From NCBI GenBank assembly GCA_046484865.1, contig JAWOID010000144.1, positions 45,427 to 109,426 of the forward strand: a stretch of 64,000 bases of DNA, in the 5' to 3' direction. The notes under the pieces are model-generated. The model did no database searches and was not told the DNA's origin. It was given only the letters and a program-made list of their open reading frames with translations. Numbering within the stretch: position 1 is the stretch's first letter; every line of letters starts with the position of its first letter. This stretch comes from Candidatus Krumholzibacteriia bacterium. GTDB lineage: Bacteria; Krumholzibacteriota; Krumholzibacteriia; LZORAL124-64-63. Below, piece by piece: positions 57,731 through 64,000 of the stretch. The position numbers were made by a program, and so were the translations under genes.

Positions 57731-57892
57731 CGCGAGCCGCCACACGCCCGTCACGACGCCTCGCCGAGGGGTTCGGCGCGGCGGCCGGCAAGACGGTCCG
57801 GTCCCGGCCGACGTGCCGGTGGGCCGCAGGCGTGATTACTTGATGGGGATCGCCGACCCGCACGGGCGCCGACCCGCAGACCGGAGGACGCC

Positions 57893-58834
57893 ATGGCCGC
57901 CGTCGTCACCCTCACCGTCAATCCGACCATCGACAAGAACGCCGACCTGGAGCGCGTCGTCCCGGAGCACAAGCTGCGCTGCCGCACGGTGCGGCGGGAA
58001 CCCGGCGGCGGCGGCATCAACGTGGCGCGGGTGGTGGCGGAGCTGGGCGGCGAGGTGGAGGCGATCTGGGCCCGCGGCGGTCACACGGGTGGCCTGCTCG
58101 AGCAACTCCTGGACGACCTGCACGTGCCGCACCTGGCGGTGTCGACAGCGGGCGAAACCCGCGAGAACCTCATCGTGTACGAGGAGAGCAGCGGCCAGCA
58201 GTACCGCTTCGGCATGCCGGGTCCCGAGCTGTCGTCGCAGGAGGCCGACGCCTTCCTGGACGTCCTGCGCGGCCTGGAACCGGCGCCCGCTTACCTGGTG
58301 GCGAGCGGCAGCCTGCCGCAGGGGGTGGACGCGGGGTTCTACGCCGACGTGGCACGGGTGGCCCGCGACCTCGGAGCCCGCTGCATCGTGGACACCAGCG
58401 GCGAGGCGCTGCGTCGCAGCGTCAGCGCCGGTATCTTCCTGCTGAAGCCCAACCTGCGTGAATTGCAGCAACTGGTTCAGCGCGAGGTGGAGAGCGACGC
58501 TGAGATCGAGTCGGCCGCCCGTGCGCTCATCGGCGAGGGCAAGGTCGCGGCGGTTTTGGTCTCGATCGGCGCCGGCGGCGGCGTGCTGGTGGAAAGGGAC
58601 CTCTGTGTCCGCATTCCCGCGCCCACGGTGCCCATCCGCTCCAAGATCGGTGCGGGCGACAGCACCGTCGGAGGCATCGTGCACCGACTCGCCCAGGGCG
58701 ACACGGTGCTCGAGGCCGCTCGCTTCGGCATCGCCGCCGGCGCGGCGGCGGTGATGACCCCCGGGACCGAGCTGTGCCGGCGGGCAGACGTGGAGCGCCT
58801 GTACGCCCACATGCGGCAGGATCCTCCGGACTAG
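57893..58834 (+). CDS. 1-phosphofructokinase-family hexose kinase (PfkB-type)
   Basis: TVNPTIDK, PGGGGINVAR, ETREN, SGSLP, LKPN..E, IGAGDS. Confidence 0.92.
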   Translation: MAAVVTLTVNPTIDKNADLERVVPEHKLRCRTVRREPGGGGINVARVVAELGGEVEAIWARGGHTGGLLEQLLDDLHVPHLAVSTAGETRENLIVYEESSGQQYRFGMPGPELSSQEADAFLDVLRGLEPAPAYLVASGSLPQGVDAGFYADVARVARDLGARCIVDTSGEALRRSVSAGIFLLKPNLRELQQLVQREVESDAEIESAARALIGEGKVAAVLVSIGAGGGVLVERDLCVRIPAPTVPIRSKIGAGDSTVGGIVHRLAQGDTVLEAARFGIAAGAAAVMTPGTELCRRADVERLYAHMRQDPPD

Positions 58835-58875
58835 GGCGCCCGCGTCGCGCGAGGCGGACGCGCGGCGCGAGGTGG

Positions 58876-58904
58876 TTGTATCGATCGGCGCCGAAGGGTA
58901 CCAT
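58876..58904 (+). promoter_or_regulatory. sigma70-type promoter
   Basis: TTGTAT-17bp-TACCAT. Confidence 0.55.
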
Positions 58905-58969
58905 GCGAGGACGTCGCCCGAATCCGTTGACGCCGGCACCCCCCCGGGGGCCTTCCTGGAGACACAGCG

Positions 58970-61900
58970 GTGACCCGAACCACCCGCGGCCCCATCGACC
59001 CGCCGCCCCCGTGGAGTGGGGTCGACGCGTACTACCGGGACGCGGTGGTCCACGCGCCCATTCCCGTGCTCGTCTTCGCCGAGGACGGCACCATCATGGC
59101 CGTGAGCAGGACCCTGCTCCGCCTCACCGGCTTCAGCCGGCGCGAACTCCGGCATTACGACGACTGGCTGGAACTCGCCTATCCCGACCCGGACGTGCAG
59201 GAGCAGATCCGACGGGAGGTGCGGGAGCGGTTCGCCTCGGGCGAGCCCTCGCAGATCCACGAGCGTGAGGTGACCACCAGTTCGGGGGAGCGGCGGCTGT
59301 GGAGCATCGCTGCGGCACGGCCGGGACGCCTGTCCGACGGCCGCCGCTTCCTGTCGGTGATGGCTGTCGACCTGACGGACCAGCGCCGGCAGGAGCGGGC
59401 GCTGCGCGCCAGCGAGCGACGCTTCCGCGGCACGTTCGAGAACGCCGCGGTGGGAATCGCCCACGTCGGGGTGCACGGCGAGTGGCTGGAGGTGAATCAG
59501 CGGCTGTGCGACATGCTCGGCTATTCCCGCGAGGAGATGCTCTCGAGCACCTTCCAGGACGTCACCTATCCCGACGACATCGACCTGGAACTGACGCTCT
59601 CCCGTGAACTGCTGGCCGGCGAGCGGACCGGCTACGACGTCGAGAAGCGGTACATCCACCGGGACGGCCGCGTGGTCTGGGTCCATCTCACCAAGGCGCT
59701 GCAGCATCGCCAGGACGGACGTCCGCTGTACTGCATCGCGGTCGTCCAGGACATCACCGATCGCCGCCGCGCCGAGCAGCGCATCGCGGCCGAGGACGCG
59801 GTGATGGATGTGCTCGGGTCGAGCAAGAGCCTGGCCGACGCGGCGCCCCGGCTCCTCGCGGCGCTCGTGCGAACTCTCGACGGGCGCCTGGGCGAGCTGT
59901 GGTTGCCGGACGGAGACGAACTGGTCCACTCCGCCGCCTCGCCCGCGGACGATCCCGGCGCGCAGGAGTGGTTCGAGATCGCTCGCACGCTGCGCTTCCG
60001 CCGGGGCGAGGGCCTGCCGGGTTCCGTGTGGCTGAGCGGACGCCCCCGGTGGCTGGAAGAGATCGCTGCGAGCCCGGACTTCCGCCGGCGGTCCGAAGCG
60101 GTGCGGATGGGCCTGCGCACCGCGCTGGCGTTCCCGGTCCTGCTGGCGGACACGGTGCTCGGGGTGATCACCCTGTTCTTCGAGCGGCCTCGACCTCTCG
60201 ATGCGGCCATGTCGGAAAGCGCCATCGATATCGGCCGCGGCATCGGACAGTTCGTGCAGCGCACTCGCGTGGAGGAAGCGCTCGGGGAGAGCGAGGAGCG
60301 GTACCGTCGCCTGGTCGGGGTGATGCCGGCGGGTGTCTGCACCTGCGACGCTGCGGGACGCATCACCTTCGTCAACCGCCGGGCCGTGGAACTCTGGGGG
60401 CGGGAGCCGCGAGTGGGATGCGACGAGGAGCGGTTCTGCGGGTCGCTGCGGGCGACGCGACTCGACGGGTCGCCGCTGCCTCGGGACGAGACGCCCATGG
60501 CGCTGGCGCTGCGCGGCGGCCACCATGCCCGCGGGCAGGAACTGGTCGTCGAGCGGCCCGACGGCAGTAACGTCGTCGTCTCGGTGAACGTCGACCCGCT
60601 GCTGGACGAGCAGGGCCGGTGCGTCGGCGCGATCAACGTCTTCGACGACATCACCGAGCGCCACCGCACCGAGATGCAGCTCCGGGAGGCGGACCGTCGC
60701 AAGGACGAGTTCCTCGCGGTGCTCGGGCATGAACTGCGCAACCCGCTGGCGGCGATCCACAGCGCCGTCCACCTGTGGGAACGCACCGGCGAGCCCGAGG
60801 AACTGCAGAGGTTGCGCGAACTGGTGGGGCGCCAGACCGCGCAGCTCGCCCGGCTGGTCGACGACCTGCTCGACGTGACCCGGATCAGCCGGGGGCAGGT
60901 GCGGGTGACCCCCGTTCCCACGGACCTCTTCCCGGTCGTGCGCTCGGCGGAGGCGGCCGTGAGCGAGCTGATGGCGACGCGACGGCACACCCTGGAGATC
61001 GACCTGCCGCGAACCCCGCTGGGGGCCCGGGTCGACGCGGCGCGGGTGGAGCAGGTGATCGTCAACCTGCTGGGCAATGCCGCCCACTACACTCCGCCCG
61101 GCGGGAATATCCGTCTGGCGCTGGCGCGGGACGGCGACGACATCGTGCTGGCGGTCCGCGACGACGGCGTCGGACTGTCGCCGGCCGACCGGGAGCGGAT
61201 CTTCGATCTGTTCGCACGCGTGGAGCTGGGGCACGATGTCGGCGGGGGAACGATCGGCCGGGAGGTGGGCCTGGGTGTGGGGCTGGCGCTGGTGCGGGAG
61301 ATCGTGGCGAAGCACGGCGGGGACGTGACGGCCGAGAGCGAAGGCCCCGGTCGAGGAAGCTGCTTCACGGTGCGGCTGCGCGGCGCCGCCCTGGATCGGC
61401 CGCCGGAGGAACTGTTCGCCGCGCCGCGGCCCCTGGCAGCGCGCCCCGCAGCATCGTCCCGGCGGGTCCTCGTCGTGGACGACAACCGCGACCTGGCTGC
61501 GAACCTCCAGCGTCTGCTCGTGGACGCCGGCCACGTGGTCGACCTGGCGCACGACGCGGCTTCCGCGCCGGCGGCTGCCCGCCGGCTCGGGCCGGAGGTG
61601 GCGCTGGTGGACATCGGCCTGCCGGACGCCAGCGGTTTTGACGTCGCCAGGCAGCTGCGGCGCGAGATCGCCGAGCCGATCTTTCTGGTGGCGATCACCG
61701 GGTTCGGACAGTCTCGCGACCGGGAGCTGGCCGAGGCCGCCGGCTTCGACCGCTACCTGGTGAAGCCGCTGGATCCGGAGCAGCTCCTGACGCTGATCGC
61801 GGCGGCGCCCGCCGGCGGGTCCATCCCTTCCGGACCGGCCCTCGGGCTGGATGACGAAGCCGGCTCGCCGGTATCGTCGCCCGCGGGCGGCGAGGAGCGG

Positions 61901-62323
61901 CCGGTGCGCATCCTGCTCGTGGAGGACAGCCCGGCGGTGGCGCAGATCACTCGGGAGATCCTGGGCCAACTCGGCTACGTGGTGGACCATGTGTCCGACG
62001 GACCGGCGGCGCTCGACGCCGCGCGCAGGCATGCGCCGGACGTGGTGCTCTGCGACCTCAACCTGCCCGGCGGGATGAGCGGCTGGGAGGTGGCGGAGGT
62101 CCTGCGGGAACAGGCGGAATCCGCGCCGCCGCTGCTCCTGGCGGTGAGCGCCCACGCTGCGCAGGACGTGGCCCACCGGCTGCGCGACAGCGCCTTCGAC
62201 GATCTGCACGGCAAGCCGCTCGACCTGGAGCGCCTGCAGCAGGCCGTCGCCAGGCACCAGGAACTGCGCCGGTCCGGCGGCGCGCGGCCGCTCGAACAGG
62301 CCCGGCAGGCTCCCGGCGACTGA
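58970..62323 (+). CDS. Cytoplasmic hybrid histidine kinase: PAS-PAS-GAF-PAS-HisKA-HATPase-REC-REC
   Basis: FENAAVGI, GEGLPGSVW, RKDEFLAVLGHELRNPL, NLLGNA, DDGVG, GLGVGL, two receiver domains (VVDDN..DIGLP..KP; LVEDS..DLNLP..KP). Confidence 0.92.
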   Translation: MTRTTRGPIDPPPPWSGVDAYYRDAVVHAPIPVLVFAEDGTIMAVSRTLLRLTGFSRRELRHYDDWLELAYPDPDVQEQIRREVRERFASGEPSQIHEREVTTSSGERRLWSIAAARPGRLSDGRRFLSVMAVDLTDQRRQERALRASERRFRGTFENAAVGIAHVGVHGEWLEVNQRLCDMLGYSREEMLSSTFQDVTYPDDIDLELTLSRELLAGERTGYDVEKRYIHRDGRVVWVHLTKALQHRQDGRPLYCIAVVQDITDRRRAEQRIAAEDAVMDVLGSSKSLADAAPRLLAALVRTLDGRLGELWLPDGDELVHSAASPADDPGAQEWFEIARTLRFRRGEGLPGSVWLSGRPRWLEEIAASPDFRRRSEAVRMGLRTALAFPVLLADTVLGVITLFFERPRPLDAAMSESAIDIGRGIGQFVQRTRVEEALGESEERYRRLVGVMPAGVCTCDAAGRITFVNRRAVELWGREPRVGCDEERFCGSLRATRLDGSPLPRDETPMALALRGGHHARGQELVVERPDGSNVVVSVNVDPLLDEQGRCVGAINVFDDITERHRTEMQLREADRRKDEFLAVLGHELRNPLAAIHSAVHLWERTGEPEELQRLRELVGRQTAQLARLVDDLLDVTRISRGQVRVTPVPTDLFPVVRSAEAAVSELMATRRHTLEIDLPRTPLGARVDAARVEQVIVNLLGNAAHYTPPGGNIRLALARDGDDIVLAVRDDGVGLSPADRERIFDLFARVELGHDVGGGTIGREVGLGVGLALVREIVAKHGGDVTAESEGPGRGSCFTVRLRGAALDRPPEELFAAPRPLAARPAASSRRVLVVDDNRDLAANLQRLLVDAGHVVDLAHDAASAPAAARRLGPEVALVDIGLPDASGFDVARQLRREIAEPIFLVAITGFGQSRDRELAEAAGFDRYLVKPLDPEQLLTLIAAAPAGGSIPSGPALGLDDEAGSPVSSPAGGEERPVRILLVEDSPAVAQITREILGQLGYVVDHVSDGPAALDAARRHAPDVVLCDLNLPGGMSGWEVAEVLREQAESAPPLLLAVSAHAAQDVAHRLRDSAFDDLHGKPLDLERLQQAVARHQELRRSGGARPLEQARQAPGD

Positions 62324-62409
62324 ACGATCCGAACCGACCCGTGGCGCCGCGCAGCGGGCGCCGCGGCGCGCTCCCGACCGGCGGTCCGACCCAGCAAAGG
62401 AGATGCGCC

Positions 62410-63297
62410 CTGCTGCACCTGATCGCGGCCTCTCTGATCTGGGCCTTCTCCTTCGGACTCATCAAGACGCAGCTCGCCGGGATCGACCCGGCGCTGCTGG
62501 CGTTCCTGCGCCTCGCCCTGGCGGCCGCGGTCCTCGCGCCGTGGCTGTCACGCCGGGTCACCGCGGGCGTGCGCGGGGCGCTGCTGGGCCTCGGGGCCGT
62601 GCAGTTCGGTCTCATGTACATGTTCTACCTGGCCGCCTACGCCCATCTACCCGCCTACGGAGTGGCGGTCGCGACGATCTTCACGCCCCTGTACGTCGCC
62701 TTCCTGGAGGATGCGCTCCGCAGACGGCTGGTGGGACGACACGTGCTGGCCGCGGCGCTGGCGGTCGCCGGTGCCGCGGTCGTGCAGTTCCGGGGCGACG
62801 TTCCCGGCGCCACCGGCGGCTTCCTCCTGGTGCAGGCGTCCAACCTCGCCTTCGCAGTGGGACAGGTCCTGTACCGGCGCGTCGCCCCCGCCGCATCGCG
62901 GCCGCACCGCGACGCTCGTGACGGCCCGGGTCGGCCGGCCGCCGCCCCGCCGGCGGACGACGCCGCGGCGATGGCCTGGATGTACGTGGGAGCCGCCCTC
63001 CTCGCCGGCACCGCGGCGCTGCTGTTCGGCGACCGGTCCCGCTGGACGGTGCCGGCGGACGCCTGGCTGGTGATCGCGTATCTCGGACTGCTGCCCACGG
63101 CGGTGGGGTTCTATCTCTGGAACCGGGGTGCGGCTCGCACCAGTGCCGGTATATTGGCCGTGTCCAACAACCTGAAGGTGCCGCTGGCGGTCGGGGTGGC
63201 CTGGCTCGTGTTCGGGGAGTCGGCCGACCACGTGCGGGTGCTGGGCGGCCTGAGCCTGCTGGTGGCGGCCCTCTTCGTGGCGGGCCGCGAGCGGTAG
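62410..63297 (+). CDS. EamA/DMT-family transporter (YigM/MadN-like)
   Basis: LIWAFSFGLI, GAVQFGLMY, IFTPLYV, LVQASNLAFAVGQV, YLGLLPTAVGFYLWNRGA; start is CTG 62410 after AAAGGAG or GTG 62341. Confidence 0.85.
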   Translation: MLHLIAASLIWAFSFGLIKTQLAGIDPALLAFLRLALAAAVLAPWLSRRVTAGVRGALLGLGAVQFGLMYMFYLAAYAHLPAYGVAVATIFTPLYVAFLEDALRRRLVGRHVLAAALAVAGAAVVQFRGDVPGATGGFLLVQASNLAFAVGQVLYRRVAPAASRPHRDARDGPGRPAAAPPADDAAAMAWMYVGAALLAGTAALLFGDRSRWTVPADAWLVIAYLGLLPTAVGFYLWNRGAARTSAGILAVSNNLKVPLAVGVAWLVFGESADHVRVLGGLSLLVAALFVAGRER

Positions 63298-63405
63298 CCC
63301 GACCTTTCGCGAGCGGCCGCCGCGACGGCGAGCGGCCGACCGGTGGCCGCAAACCCCTCACACGCGCCCCATGCTCGATCCCGGGCTGGAGAAAAGGAGC
63401 CGGCG

Positions 63406-64000
63406 ATGCTCGACCTCACCTATCTCGGCCTCATCAACCTCGAGCGGGTCTACCGCAACCTCTCCACGCCCGAACTGTGCGAACAGGCGGTGCGCCGCCG
63501 CGAGGGCCACCTGGCTCACCTCGGGCCCCTCGTGACCCGCACCGGCCAGTACACCGGCCGCTCGGCGAACGACAAGTTCGTGGTCGAGGAAGCGAGCAGT
63601 CGCGACCGGATCTGGTGGGGCAAGAGCAACCGCGCGATCGACGAACGGCATTTCGACGACCTGCTACGACGGCTGCAGGCTTACCTCCAGGGGCGCACGA
63701 TCTGGGTGCAGGACGCCTACTGCGGAGCGGATCCGGACCACCGCATCCGCGTGCGGGTGGTGACCGAGACGGCCTGGCACAGCATGTTCGCCAGGAACAT
63801 GTTCCTGAACGCGCTCGAGCCGGGCGAGCAGGAGGAATGGCCGGCCGACTTCACTGTGGTGCACTGCCCCAGCTTCCACGCGGTGCCGGAGGCCGACCGC
63901 ACGAACAGCGAGGCGTTCATCCTCGTGCACTTCGGCCGCAAGCTGGCGCTCATCGGCGGCACGAGCTACGCGGGAGAGATCAAGAAGTCGATCTTCACGG
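63406..64000 (+). CDS. pckA: Phosphoenolpyruvate carboxykinase (ATP), 5' part, truncated by window edge
   Basis: ATG after AAGGAG; my translation gives NLSTPEL, TGQYTGRSANDKFVV, AWHSMFARNMF, NSEAFI, IGGTSYAGEIKKSIFT; not in the ORF track because no stop codon. Confidence 0.95.
   Translation, partial: MLDLTYLGLINLERVYRNLSTPELCEQAVRRREGHLAHLGPLVTRTGQYTGRSANDKFVVEEASSRDRIWWGKSNRAIDERHFDDLLRRLQAYLQGRTIWVQDAYCGADPDHRIRVRVVTETAWHSMFARNMFLNALEPGEQEEWPADFTVVHCPSFHAVPEADRTNSEAFILVHFGRKLALIGGTSYAGEIKKSIFT

Overview
Very GC-rich bacterial chromosome segment, gene-dense and mostly on the + strand, with no rRNA, tRNA, CRISPR array or mobile element that I can see. Gene content (C25 gingipain-like peptidase, secreted enzymes ending in an NPFNP/FlgD-Ig-like domain, DUF4159/DUF4175/TPR cluster) plus canonical sigma70 promoters and Shine-Dalgarno sites suggests a non-Bacteroidota FCB-group organism such as Krumholzibacteriota/Latescibacterota (inference). 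In order: DUF362 Fe-S protein; secD (one-base frameshift) and secF; a sigma54-type promoter ahead of a small secreted protein, a 1722-aa NtrY-like kinase and a DUF4159-DUF4175-TPR-'AsnB-like' envelope cluster; two odd kinases; fur with its own palindromic operator; alr; TerB; C25 peptidase; Na+/H+ antiporter; GT4; MBL hydrolase; lipA; methyltransferase; MsbA-like exporter; an 11-heme cytochrome c/cytochrome b fusion (CbcL-like); an orphan GAP1-N-like membrane protein; HAD; a selenoprotein missed by the ORF track (Rdx/SelW-like, CxxU with SECIS hairpin); Tdh-like dehydrogenase; ParA; ACT protein; nucleoside kinase; FmdB; gap; M1 and S8 peptidases; PfkB; a hybrid kinase; an EamA transporter; and the start of pckA. 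All family names come from motif recognition by eye, not database searches.
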